DNA of 64,000 bases, taken from an uncultured Nitrososphaeraceae archaeon (GTDB taxonomy: Archaea > Thermoproteota > Nitrososphaeria > Nitrososphaerales > Nitrososphaeraceae). Shown here one piece after another: positions 23,519 to 34,757 of the stretch. The position numbers were made by a program, and so were the translations under genes. The stretch lies in NCBI GenBank assembly GCA_963765895.1, contig CAVXZB010000023.1, positions 128,001-192,000 on the forward strand, read 5' to 3'. The notes below the pieces were generated by a model. That model was not told where the DNA came from, did not search any database, and saw nothing but the letters and a program-made list of their open reading frames with translations. Position 1 is the first letter of the stretch. Every line of letters begins with the position of its first letter.

Positions 23519-24481
23519 ACAGGAATTTTTAATGTTTTATGATAGAAACGGATTATTTCTTTTTATTCTTGGCCCTTACTGGATCTAAGGTATTAATTTT
23601 GCAAAAATCAATATTTGTCATTCAATAATAGCCAGCGAGCAATTGGAACGAGGACTCTCCACATCCACTTAGGAGGTTTGACCTTGTTTCTGTGCTTAAT
23701 ATATTGTGAAATATCTTCTGCATTGAGGAATATCGACAAAATTAAGGCATGATAGAAAAAATAACCTCCAATTGTTTTTGAAATACTCTGCTATAAGGAC
23801 TGAATTCGTACCGGGGACAGCAAAGCCTACGCATGTCTAGCATTACTCAACACTATCTATGATAAGATAGTGAACCACTCTCAAAATTGGAAGAGGGATA
23901 ATCCAGTGCGATTATAATGACCTAATTTCTATTATCAATAAAGGTCAGAAACATATTAAACAATACTCTGAGTTAGTAACTTCTATAGAAAGTATATCAC
24001 AATAGGAAAGTTCAGCTGCGTGGAGTTCGCAGTGGAGTAACTTAAAATCTAAGATGTGACAAGATGCTTTAACCTCTATGAAATGATAATATCGTTGTAG
24101 GAGTTGAGACGTCGACTAGGCAGAAATTAAATGAGGTGATCAGTAAAAATAAAACCTACAAATAATGATCTACCATCACAACGATAGCGAGATCTGGAGA
24201 ATAGTTATGATTCCAATTCATTATAACTAGATTCGGAAATTTGATGCCTGCCCATTTAATCCAATCTTATACTGTGTAGAATCTATCGATTAAAAAGTTT
24301 AATGTTGTCACTTTATGGATTCTGAATATATTAGAAGCAAGTCAAAAGATAACTATTGATTCGAATCGAGTCTAATATTATATAGGTTACCGCTACTATA
24401 CAAAATAGACGTGTAGATTAAGTTGGCTTAACTCTGGATATTACATCCATTTGCGATATTTGAAATGATATTCTAATAAAA

Positions 24482-25039
24482 TTATGTGCTAGATAGTAAT
24501 TTTTCCGCCTTGTCGAGGTTAGTATTAATCTTTCCAATTAGTGTTTTGATATCATCGACTGGCACCTTATGTTTGATCTGCTCCCTTAGATCTCCTCTCA
24601 TCATAAATTCAGTATTTTGTTTCAATGTTTTGTCATGCTGTTGTAATGGTCCTTCCACAAATTCAAAGTTATCTAGATATGCCTTTGTTGCAAGCGCTAG
24701 AGCACCAGTATAATTCTGTCTTTGGTATATATCAACGGTTTGCTTTAATAGTTGTCGCACATTCGTAATATATTGAAGTGTCTTGATATTTGAACCAGAT
24801 TTAGTCCCAATTGACGAAGCACTCTTAATTTGACTTGAATTATTCTTTGCAAAACTACTGTTTGTAGTAACGCCCACTCTAGTATCTGCTGCATATGCCA
24901 ATCCAGTGTGAGTATTTGATGAGGGAATCAGTGGCGGCTGAGATAGTAAAGTCGTACTTATTAATAGTGTCAAAGAGATTATCGTTATTGTGACTGTTGC
25001 TACACTACTCCTATTTAATAGACCAAATTGTTCATTCAT
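24482..25039 (-). CDS. Exported protein consisting of one Ftr1-extracellular-type AYLDNFE helical domain
   Basis: N-terminal hydrophobic helix. NYTGALALATKAYLDNFEFVEGPL...MMRGDLREQI aligns by eye with NYAQADDTVVTAYLDNFEYLEAPI...AMREHLREMI of the Ftr1 in this window. Confidence 0.8.
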   Translation of the reverse strand: MNEQFGLLNRSSVATVTITIISLTLLISTTLLSQPPLIPSSNTHTGLAYAADTRVGVTTNSSFAKNNSSQIKSASSIGTKSGSNIKTLQYITNVRQLLKQTVDIYQRQNYTGALALATKAYLDNFEFVEGPLQQHDKTLKQNTEFMMRGDLREQIKHKVPVDDIKTLIGKINTNLDKAEKLLSST

Positions 25040-25087
25040 GATTTAACGAAATGAAGATAATGTAAAACGTATTTAATCCAAGCGATG

Positions 25088-25105
25088 ATTCTCCATCGCG
25101 AGAAT
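25088..25105. promoter_or_regulatory. Palindrome ATTCTC-N6-GAGAAT upstream of the stand-alone Ftr1-domain gene
   Basis: ATTCTC-CATCGC-GAGAAT. Minus-strand TTAAATA at 25070-25076. Confidence 0.6.
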
Positions 25106-25228
25106 AAAAGGAATAAGCAATGAATCGATGAACTGAACAAAGTGATGAGAACAGTCACTCTTATTTTTTTAATACATCTAATTCTATTGATTGTTTAAAA
25201 AAGAGATGTGGTTCTAGGCTAAGATATA

Positions 25229-25252
25229 TTAGATTAGATTAGATTAGATTAG
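25229..25252 (+). repeat. (TTAGA)n pentanucleotide tandem repeat
   Basis: ttagattagattagattagattag. Confidence 0.85.
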
Positions 25253-26049
25253 TTGTATTGGAGAGTCGAAGTGATCTCGTTTCGCTTAGCCAAAACTTTA
25301 GGCAAATCCATACCTTGGCTAGTCCAAATTAGTAATATCTGTTGGGAACCCGTCCTCTTTTGTCGCCCACGTAGGGTCGCAAATTGGTGCATACTTTCTA
25401 TATTGAACATCGAATCTGGAGTTGCGAAATATATTTGTCCATCGTTCTGTTGGTTTCATAAAAGCACCCATCGTATCTGTAGTTGTTCTGTTACTCGAGG
25501 ACTGATCTGAAGATGAACTAGAGGGTTGATCGATTGCTTTGATATTTCCTTTCACAATAAAGCCTTTACTATCAGAGGTTACATTAGGATCCGGATATTC
25601 AAATATCGTTTCGAACATAGTAAGGAATATCTTAGGATTATGAATGTAGCAAAGGAAAAAGTATATGCCACTTTGTCTAATGGAGCAATCCTTCTGAAAC
25701 TCGCTGTCTATTCTGTAATTCAATCTATAAGAAACACCCAGAACAGTATATCTCGCTAATCTGAGATAATTATTCATCAGCAAATTACAATATACCATCA
25801 AGTTTATATCAATAATTACATTGCACAGGATTTTGGGATAATGCTAGTAAACGATGTGGCGAAACTTTATGGTAATCTGGCTAAGGATTTGCTAGATGAA
25901 ATTCTTAGCAAATATGATATCACCATCTCACGATCCTCTTTACCATTAATATTGCGAACAAACCTAGGCTGAGCCTCAAAACTTATCTAATGAGTACAAA
26001 TCTATAGTAATGCTTGATTTATACGACTTAGCTAACTTAAGCTCTATAA

Positions 26050-26648
26050 AGATGTGTCTATACCACAAAAATTTTCCATAAAGATCCAGCATATTTTCTG
26101 AACAAGAACTTACTAATAGCTTTATTGCCGGTATGGGTAGCGATACTTCTGATAGTACAATTGAACTTTATGAATCATGGAAAGACGATCCTAATAGAGA
26201 TATGAATACGGTAGCTGTATTAAATATCAATTTTAACCTAAACAAATTAGTTCCTCTTTTTACAAAAATGAGAAATTCTATAAAATGTATACCAAAGCGT
26301 GTTGGAAAGAATGGCACATCCAGCTTTTTAACACCTCTTTGGGATCCGAGCGATGTTTATAAAAGTTCCACTATCGTCTTTCATAATTTAGATGAGTGCC
26401 CCATGGGAAAAGACTGAATAATTGGGTAGCGGTATCTTTGGACAGATATATAACGCATCCTAGTCACCTTAGCAGAAACATCACCTGACTTTGTGGATGG
26501 TGGAGTTATCCCATCTTATTTGGGAGTTAATTCATCATTAACAATTTCAGCACTTGCTTTTAAAATCACAAAAAATGTCGTATCATTATCGAATATTCCA
26601 GTGGAACCAGTTATGATTGGTACAAAAACATTATGCTTTCCTAGATGA
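26050..26648 (+). pseudogene. C-terminal remnant of a GMC/cholesterol-oxidase-like oxidoreductase
   Basis: GMGSD, VFHNLDECPMGKD (compare HPLGGCPMG), then after a stop and shift FVDGGVIPSYLGVNSSLTISALAFKI. The 5' boundary is approximate. Confidence 0.65.
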
Positions 26649-26910
26649 CTCTTTTGGTAGCGATTACCTCATGTATGAATATGAATATGCTATATAACTA
26701 TAGTTTAGAATTTCACATGTAATTATATGCTAGAAAATGCTTGAGACTATATCCTAGTCTCAATGGCTAAGTTCTTTTGACGTCTCCAGCCTCTTGAAAT
26801 ACAGACAATCGATAGATCAGTAGGCGCTATCAAGACAGAACGATAATCAAGCCTTTCTATTTTTAGAATCAACGCATAGTATAATAAACGTCATTTACCA
26901 TTGCATATGA

Positions 26911-27747
26911 ATGAATTTAAGACGAGTCAACTATCCTGTATTCATACTAGTCGGCATCGTTGCATCTGTAATTTCTGTAATATCTGCACCTAATACGACT
27001 AACCCACTGCTATCTTCAGCATTTGCGGCTGGAGAAGTACAACAGAATCAACAACCAAACATAAAAGCATCAAATATTTATCAAACTCATATTATGGCAC
27101 TTGGGAAGAATATTAAAAATCTCATTATAGAAATTCCAAATGAAGGTCACGAGGATCCCACACAACCAAAGGAATTGAGAGTTGTCAATCAGCCTTACCT
27201 TCCTCGGAATGCAATTGTAAATCCTGGTACTACAGTAACATGGTTTAACGCAGATGCTGGTCACAAACATCAAATAACGTTGTTAAATAATAAAACTCAA
27301 ACCGTTGTATATGAAAGCGGTCTCTTCGACAACTTTGCCGCTTCAAAACCAATTAAGTTTAATAATACTGGTGCTTTTGCTTACTCTGGCCCAAGTAATG
27401 ATAAAGCAGTTCCAAACTATAAAATGAATGGAACCCTAACAGTTATCAATCAACCGCTTAGTAATTCATTTAATACTACATCGTCTACACCAGCAACATC
27501 TAATAATATTGATACTGTAAGTACAATTATTGTACCAGCAAAGAAACTTGATAAAGTAAGTTCAGATTTGAGAAATCAGGGTCTTGGAATTGACAATCAG
27601 TATCCATTCAAAAGTCTGCGTGGAGGTGGTGGAACAACTGGAGGAGATAAGAATCAAGTAATGTTAGTATTGACAAGTTCAGGAAAGAGCCTAAATCAAG
27701 TCATATCTGCTTTGAATAAAGTAGAACCTACCATGGGATATTCATAG
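26911..27747 (+). CDS. Exported cupredoxin-fold protein
   Basis: Signal ending AFA; PYLPRNAIVNPGTTVTWFNAD.GHKH...FNNTGAFAY...MNGTLTV plastocyanin-like pattern. Confidence 0.75.
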   Translation: MNLRRVNYPVFILVGIVASVISVISAPNTTNPLLSSAFAAGEVQQNQQPNIKASNIYQTHIMALGKNIKNLIIEIPNEGHEDPTQPKELRVVNQPYLPRNAIVNPGTTVTWFNADAGHKHQITLLNNKTQTVVYESGLFDNFAASKPIKFNNTGAFAYSGPSNDKAVPNYKMNGTLTVINQPLSNSFNTTSSTPATSNNIDTVSTIIVPAKKLDKVSSDLRNQGLGIDNQYPFKSLRGGGGTTGGDKNQVMLVLTSSGKSLNQVISALNKVEPTMGYS

Positions 27748-27982
27748 ATAAATATAGATCGAGAATATAAACAAGTAGAATTTAAAACCTGTGCGTGAAT
27801 ATCAAGATAAGTGGGATTATACTCCTAATTCTGCTCTTTTATTTTAACCTTTTCAGCCTGCAAACATTGTAGATATTATACTGCGCAGGACGAATCCCGT
27901 AGCGTATAAAAGTCTTCTATATGATTGCTATGTACAAATAGGTACCTGAGTGTAATTATTCAAGTCTTTCATACTATCGATA

Positions 27983-28474
27983 GTGGCTGATAAATTACGA
28001 GACATTAAAGAAACTACCTCAGATGCCGCTGAAATTATAAGAGAGCTTGGAAGTCCTGAGCTTCACAAATCACTTGATAAAATAAAAGAAACTGCCTTAA
28101 CTGCCCAGAATATATTGGCCAATCTGCGAGAACCAGAAATGGTAAAAAATATTGAAAATATAAGACTTATGGCCGAGTCGATCGAAGAAACATCAGCCAG
28201 AGTTGAAAAGATGGTAATCGAAATGAAAGCAACCGGAGTAATCGATCAGGCTTCGTCGGCTATCAAATCAGCAAAGAATGCTATAGATTCTATGGGCGAT
28301 CAGAATGGAGTGGGTGAGATGCCCATAGTAATTAAGGAGCTTATTAATTCTCTAAAGAGTCTAATTGATGAATTAAGGCTTGTGTTAGTTTCATCAAAAC
28401 AAAATGGCATTATACACAATGTTAACGAAGTTGTTCAGGAAACTGGCAGTATATACAAGAACTTGAAAGAGTAG
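27983..28474 (+). CDS. Hypothetical helical/coiled-coil protein
   Basis: 163-aa ORF with amphipathic repeats and host-like codon usage. Confidence 0.7.
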   Translation: MADKLRDIKETTSDAAEIIRELGSPELHKSLDKIKETALTAQNILANLREPEMVKNIENIRLMAESIEETSARVEKMVIEMKATGVIDQASSAIKSAKNAIDSMGDQNGVGEMPIVIKELINSLKSLIDELRLVLVSSKQNGIIHNVNEVVQETGSIYKNLKE

Positions 28475-28928
28475 CAGACCATGAGCAATCTTTGAATCAG
28501 CTTTGCAAAGATGATACTCACTATTTGTACCCAGCAGTGATTGTCATCATAGTGCGCATAGATATGCCAGAGTTCCTCTAACAGGACTTGCATACGCATA
28601 GAAAACATGGCAAGATTAATCTAATACAATGAAAAGAGATAGGATAATAATTGTGTTTAACCTTGATCTTGATCCTCGATGGATGACAAATGTAATATAC
28701 TATTCCTTGATCTAGAGCAATTAAAACTGGTGATTTAGGTGCAATGTAGTAAGGTTGGCAAATGGAATTGTCGGCCAGAATCTATTCAGTATTGATCTCC
28801 GATTAGTTACAGTAACGATATAATATACGTAACTCAAACAGATCATAAAGTGACGTATAACTGTATGAATATAGCCCTTAAATGGAACTATAATTAGATT
28901 GAGATTTAGAAGTTGGATTCTCATAAGT

Positions 28929-29687
28929 TCATGTTCTGGAATTCACTACCCCTTCTTTAATAAGTTCTGATCCGATCCCGTACCCAATTAGAGCAATGCC
29001 AGTTCCCAATCCGGCCATTTCAAGTCCCCCTTTCAGCCAATTCTTTTTTGCCATTCGAGATTTTATTGCGCCCACAGTAAATGATGATACTACACTAATT
29101 CCAATAGCTGTTGCAATTGCACTCCCAGAGGATATTAGCCCCGCCTTAACAATGAAATATGGCAAGATAGGTAGTATTCCACCTAGCAAAAATGCACCAA
29201 ACATTACTAGAGCTCCTCTTAAAGGGTTGCCAACTATCTCTAAATTAACACCGAGTTCCTCGGTTAGCATAGTCTTTAACCAGACTTTTTTATTTGAAGT
29301 AATAGTGTTTACGACAGTTTTAAGTACCTCTCCTTGAAATCCCTTCGCTTTGTAAATATCCTCTATCTCGGCCCTCTCTTTTTCCGGAACAGACTCGATT
29401 TCAAACTCCTCCCTTTTGATCTCTGATTCCAGAATCTCGCGTTGTGATTTTACCGCCAGGTAATTTTGGACCGCCATCGCCTTCGCGCCAGTAAACATGC
29501 CAACAAGAGCTGCCAAAATTACCACGTCAGCCGATATCGCAGCGCCACCTACACCAGCTACTATGCCCAGAGATGTATTAACACCGTCTCCAAAACCAAA
29601 TACTAGATCTCTAATATAGCTACTCTCTTTGATATGGGGTTCAATATGTGTTGTATTAAGCATATTTTTTCTTATAATTTTCACCAC
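28929..29687 (-). CDS. VIT1/CCC1-family Fe/Mn transporter
   Basis: IRDLVFGFGDG, Glu-rich cytoplasmic loop, MLTEELG, GGILPILPY. Confidence 0.92.
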   Translation of the reverse strand: MVKIIRKNMLNTTHIEPHIKESSYIRDLVFGFGDGVNTSLGIVAGVGGAAISADVVILAALVGMFTGAKAMAVQNYLAVKSQREILESEIKREEFEIESVPEKERAEIEDIYKAKGFQGEVLKTVVNTITSNKKVWLKTMLTEELGVNLEIVGNPLRGALVMFGAFLLGGILPILPYFIVKAGLISSGSAIATAIGISVVSSFTVGAIKSRMAKKNWLKGGLEMAGLGTGIALIGYGIGSELIKEGVVNSRT

Positions 29688-30342
29688 ATAGTCTATATAA
29701 CTATAGCTTGACGATATAATTCAGCTAAAATTCTGAAATGGGATTAGATTATGGGTTGATAAAGTCGATATAACCTTTTCGTCCTCGTCAGAGGGAAATT
29801 CTTATACATACTTTATCCCCTTTATATCCCTCGTAGACGTGTTTTTCCGATGCTCAATCTAGATCTAGTCATCTCTCTAGTAATATCCTAATGGCTCATC
29901 GAATGCGTAGGCTATTATAATGTCCCACTAATGCATTTACTATCATTCCCATTAACTTGGATAACTGCATAGGTCTTCCTGGTCTAGCATAGGCTCACAA
30001 CTTCATTTCTCTTATTTTGTAGCATCCTAGCCAATGAATTGTGGATTCAGTTGAAATGACTAGGATTATTCCTACCAAATTTGGTGAATGGTTAGGTGAT
30101 TCAAGTAGGATTCTTGTTATCGATCCAACATCATAATATACCTTACGCGTATTCTATCTGTTATTATCATATTATTCCAATACAAACCTACTAAACGACT
30201 TATTCATACCATTATCTTCGATTCATCCTATGGCATCAATTTTTAAATTATTTACATAGCTAATTTTCTTACAGGTAAGACTCGACAGAATCTTGGCTAC
30301 TATTGATGATCGATCAGAGATATAATTGATTCCGACATTTGA

Positions 30343-30453
30343 TTATTTTATCATTAGCGGGGCCAACAAGACAATCAACAGAGTGGATCCAATTAATGCT
30401 ATGAAAAAAAGGCGCTCTTTAGTTATTTTAATCCTTCTCAGGTCTACCTTCAT
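30343..30453 (-). CDS. Possible 36-aa single-TM microprotein
   Basis: MKVDLRRIKITKERLFFIALIGSTLLIVLLAPLMIK*; TATATA about 35 nt upstream. Confidence 0.35.
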   Translation of the reverse strand: MKVDLRRIKITKERLFFIALIGSTLLIVLLAPLMIK

Positions 30454-30599
30454 AAGCCCGGTCTACAAAATAGTGTTGTTGTTTTCAACTATATACCTTA
30501 CTATTTCATGATTATTCGGAAGTCAAGTAGTCTGGGTGTTTTATTTTCAATGTATTTACAAATAGCGAATAAATTCATGGACTTTGACTACATAAGATG

Positions 30600-30935
30600 T
30601 CATTGACTCTTTAATTCTAAAAGAGCCCTGTTTATCAAAGCTGATAGACCAGTATACTTTGTAAGTGATGTAACTAATAATTGAAATTCATGATCATCTA
30701 TGTATCCTTCATCATACTTCATCTCGATGATCTCGTTTTCAGTGTGTACCAAGACCGTTACAAGACAATATCGACCTCGCTTAGGGTCGAAATTCTCAAT
30801 GTATTCTCTTAGTTCTATATGTCTTATCAAATAACCTTGATTGTCAATATTACCGTTTGACAATAGTACAGCAGATCTATATGCCTCAGTTTTGATCCTA
30901 CCATTTTCTACATCGCTTATTTTTTTCATAATCAA
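30600..30935 (-). CDS. Hypothetical protein translationally coupled to the PurF-like gene
   Basis: 111-aa ORF overlapping the upstream stop codon by 4 nt. Confidence 0.7.
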   Translation of the reverse strand: MIMKKISDVENGRIKTEAYRSAVLLSNGNIDNQGYLIRHIELREYIENFDPKRGRYCLVTVLVHTENEIIEMKYDEGYIDDHEFQLLVTSLTKYTGLSALINRALLELKSQ

Positions 30936-32327
30936 TTACGATAATCCAAAAACCGAACCCATTCTGGAAACCATAGATTGTTTTCAGGCAGACCAATCCC
31001 CTTGGCTAGAATAGCTGGTGAATTATAATAAACAGTATCCGCACCGATCTGATTTCCGATTTTCTCATTAATCTGATCAATTGTTGATACCTGGCCTACA
31101 TATTTACTTGCGATCAGATCTCTATTTTGAGTATATAACCCTACTTGTCTCCCATCAATCGTCGGTGGATATGTTACAATGACAGATATTTTTTTGACAC
31201 CTGCATCTCGCAAGTAGTACATTGTTTCCCTGACTGTACTTCCGGTCTGAATGGTCCCTTGGATTATTGCAATTCTCTTGTTTTCAATTAGTTCTTTTAC
31301 CACAAATTTTAGAGATCGGCCTGTGAAAAGCAACTTATTTTTACTTACCTCTTCTGAGAAATCTATCATATGGTCAGAGTCATCATATCTGTCTTTAATT
31401 ATACCCTCTGAAATATCAAAATTCTCATGGTGTTTATGGTATTCATTACTGAATCCTAGGGTCATAGGACGTGTATAATCAGGTTCGGCGTGTGCCGTAT
31501 CAATATCTAACCATTTGGACACAAAGTTGGCTTGTTCTTTGCCAATGTTTTTCCTGACTTGATAAATGCTTTTGCCGTTGATTGTTGCTGCGACATTTGA
31601 TTCCCGTACAAATTCAAATGGATCCATCATTAGGTTTGAATAGTCTAATGTCTCAATAATTTCTAACCCATCTGCATCACTCAGTTTTATCAGCTGACCT
31701 GGTAATACGTCTTTGAATTTTAGATCGATTAGTGAACTTTGGAGAGAATTTTCTGACGCCAGAAGGTACATGCTCTTCCTCTTGTTTGTAGCCATCACAA
31801 GCGGTTTAAAGCCAGGTACCGTTTCTGAATGCATATATAGTGTTTTTTGTCATTAACAACAGATTACCTCGTAGATGTCTATCTAGAAAGTCTACTGCGC
31901 GGTCAGGTCGCTTCTTTTGTAGTAACAGATCAGTAAATATGTAATAGATTTTAAAAAGCGAATCATACTCTCTAGCTGCACCAATGTACGGATGTAAATG
32001 TAACTTTTCGGTATCCACAAAGAAACCGTCAAGAGCTGCACTGATAAAGTTCATACTTTGAAATTGGGGATATCGTTTGGATAAATACCCTAGTCCAATA
32101 CTACCGGACAATTTTTCGAGTCCAACAAACTTCAAAAGATGATCATCTGCAGGCAGCGAACCTTGACCATCAATAAATTTATCATTTGAGGAAATCTTCC
32201 AGTAGGCTTTACCTCTATGCTGAAGCATGCGCATTGAGTGTGCCAGAACATACACAACTTTTGCATTTGATTTCGCATCTATACTAGATACTCCGATTAT
32301 TCCGGCCAAGACTGAATCCTCATTCAA
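30932..32327 (-). CDS. Degenerate amidophosphoribosyltransferase (PurF)-like protein (frameshift near 31810)
   Basis: AGIIG, LQHRG, AFRN.TGFKPL, LASEN, LRDAGVKKI, YPP, IGADTVYY follow the PurF architecture. Catalytic residues are altered. Confidence 0.75.
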
Positions 32328-32837
32328 AACTTCGAAAGGCAGGATAAAAACATTCAGTAGGTGAAGCCCTCACATATACCGCGCTGTAAATCATGGAGTT
32401 GAGATTTGTAAAAGAAAAAGTAGGTTGGATGTCCCAATATCCTCACTTTGTCTTTCATTGTTTCCAAACGGCATGTCATTCCATTAGAAATCTATGCAAA
32501 TGGACGAACTTTAAGAATACGTACAAGCTTACGAATAGCGGGATAAGGTATTGCACAATTCTATTAGTTAATGAACAGAAAAGTTGTCATGTCACTAGTT
32601 TCCTATACTGACTAGTTCAGTCTTGTAGAAATATTAATGATTTACATACATCCTTATCTGATGATCTAGACCTTTAGTTAGATCCATTAAGCTCAGCTAT
32701 TTTTCTAGCACCTAAATCTTAAACCTACCCGTAGATACTGTGACTCTGAGATGGACTTCTACCTGAGTCATCATAAACCAAGAATTACGTTTTAAATAGG
32801 GTGACCATTACATTTACTGGTATGCAAAAGGTTAGAT

Positions 32838-34757
32838 ATGCTAATTGATATAGATCCGAATTTTAGAACTGATCCAAAAGACTATTCCAGAGTCGAGATT
32901 GCGAAAATCAATTCTAATAATCTAAGGGGAAATCTATTCAACGAGTTCAGGAACCGAGATACTGAAAATATATCATGGGAATCTGAACAAATTGCAAAAT
33001 CCCACGGGATTTACTTGGAGTACAACAGAGCAAATACTGGGCGCGAGAAAGACTGGATGTACATGATACGTATAAGTATACCTGGTGGGGGACCAGTAAA
33101 TCATAGACAATGGAATATACTTGATAGGGTAGCTGATTTGTACTCTGCACACTCAATAGATTCCAAATCCGCGGCTGCGTCGAGTCTAAGAATAACAACT
33201 CGACAAAATATCCAGCTCCATTGGATTAAGAAAAAGGATGTTGTCAATACAATAAGCGAAATAGCAAAATCTGGATTTTTTACGATTAATGGCTGTGGAG
33301 ACAATACTAGAAATGTAGTTGGTTGTCCATTATCTAAATCTTCAGGCATTTTTGATTCTAATAAATGGGCGCAAAAAATAGCAAAATACTTTGCACTCCC
33401 GCCATCTGCATATGTTGAAATATTTGAGATAGATCCAAACTATTTGAGAGAGGCTGGGTTATACGAAAGGCATCCTGGAATAACTGGATTTGATTATGGT
33501 CCTAATCAATTAAACCGAAAGTTCAAAATCGCTTTCTCGGCTATCCACAAAGTAGAAGGCAAGAAGTATGTTCCAGACAATTGTGTCGAGCTAAGAACCA
33601 ATGACATAGGAGTCGCTCCGGTCATTAATGATTGTAAAGATGGTTGCCGGAGCGTAGATCGGTTTCAGGTTTACATAGGTGGTGGTCAAGGTCAGCAATC
33701 TGGAAAACCCACTATCGCAGCTCTCAGTGAACCGTTTGGGATATTTACCGAAGAAAACCTTCTCAAGGGCTTAGATGCTATCGTAAGAATCCACAAAGAA
33801 TGGGGAGACAGACAAAACAGGCATTGGGGCAGATTGAAATATGTAGTAAGAGTCAAGGGAGTTGAATGGTTTAGAGAGCAAGTAAGAAATATTGCGGGCA
33901 CTATTTTTGATGCTCCAATATTGGATCATGATTATGGAAAAAGAAATTTACATCTAGGATGGACAAAACAATATGAACCTGCATGTCATGACAAGAATTT
34001 CAAATGGTGGTATGGCGCTTTTATAGAAAATGGGAGATTAATAGATGGTGGACCAAACGGCGATTTGAAGAGTATGATCAAGTATTTACTAAACAAATAC
34101 ACAACAACTCAGCTTTTCACAACCCCCAACCAACATTTACTCTTTTCAAATATTGGTGATAATGAGAGAGACGAATTTGAAAGTGATATGAAGTTATTCG
34201 GTTATGGTCTTCGTAGGGGTTTTACTAATTCAGTTGAAAATATGAAAGGTCCAAGGCCATATTCCATGCTAAGGATGTTGTCAGGAGCGTGTGTTGGAAG
34301 AGACACATGTAGATTAACATATACTGACTCGGAAAAATTCGAGCCCTACCTAATTGATGCATTAGAAGAAAAGTGGGGAGAATTAAATGAATCCATAGGC
34401 GTTACAGGTTGTGAGAAGCAGTGTTATAGACCAGCGACAAAGACAATAGGTTGGGTAGGTACTGGCTTTAACCTCTACCAGTTAATCATAATGGGAACTG
34501 AAGATGGGAAACATCAAGGAGTCCCACTTATGGATCAAGAGACAAATGAACAATACCTTCGTTTTGTACCGCGAAATGCGATTGCTGAAGTTACAGATGC
34601 GCTCTTCGAATTATACTCAGAAAATAAGTCTATAGATGAAAGTAAACCTGGAGAAATGGGTTATTTCTTTAGGAGGATTAGTGCAAAAGGAATAATTTCT
34701 AGTCTAAAGTCGAATCCCAAAACTGTCGAGCTGATGAAGAGGACATTTAAAATATGA
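32838..34757 (+). CDS. Siroheme/4Fe-4S ferredoxin-dependent sulfite (or nitrite) reductase
   Basis: YMIRISIPGG, LRITTRQNIQ, CGDNTRN, RKFKIA; Cys ligands CVGRDTC and GCEKQC. Confidence 0.92.
   Translation: MLIDIDPNFRTDPKDYSRVEIAKINSNNLRGNLFNEFRNRDTENISWESEQIAKSHGIYLEYNRANTGREKDWMYMIRISIPGGGPVNHRQWNILDRVADLYSAHSIDSKSAAASSLRITTRQNIQLHWIKKKDVVNTISEIAKSGFFTINGCGDNTRNVVGCPLSKSSGIFDSNKWAQKIAKYFALPPSAYVEIFEIDPNYLREAGLYERHPGITGFDYGPNQLNRKFKIAFSAIHKVEGKKYVPDNCVELRTNDIGVAPVINDCKDGCRSVDRFQVYIGGGQGQQSGKPTIAALSEPFGIFTEENLLKGLDAIVRIHKEWGDRQNRHWGRLKYVVRVKGVEWFREQVRNIAGTIFDAPILDHDYGKRNLHLGWTKQYEPACHDKNFKWWYGAFIENGRLIDGGPNGDLKSMIKYLLNKYTTTQLFTTPNQHLLFSNIGDNERDEFESDMKLFGYGLRRGFTNSVENMKGPRPYSMLRMLSGACVGRDTCRLTYTDSEKFEPYLIDALEEKWGELNESIGVTGCEKQCYRPATKTIGWVGTGFNLYQLIIMGTEDGKHQGVPLMDQETNEQYLRFVPRNAIAEVTDALFELYSENKSIDESKPGEMGYFFRRISAKGIISSLKSNPKTVELMKRTFKI

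Noticed and set aside
25253-25801. Overlapping ORFs of 85, 160 and 77 aa
   Set aside because: No recognisable family and conflicting frames; could not decide whether any is real.
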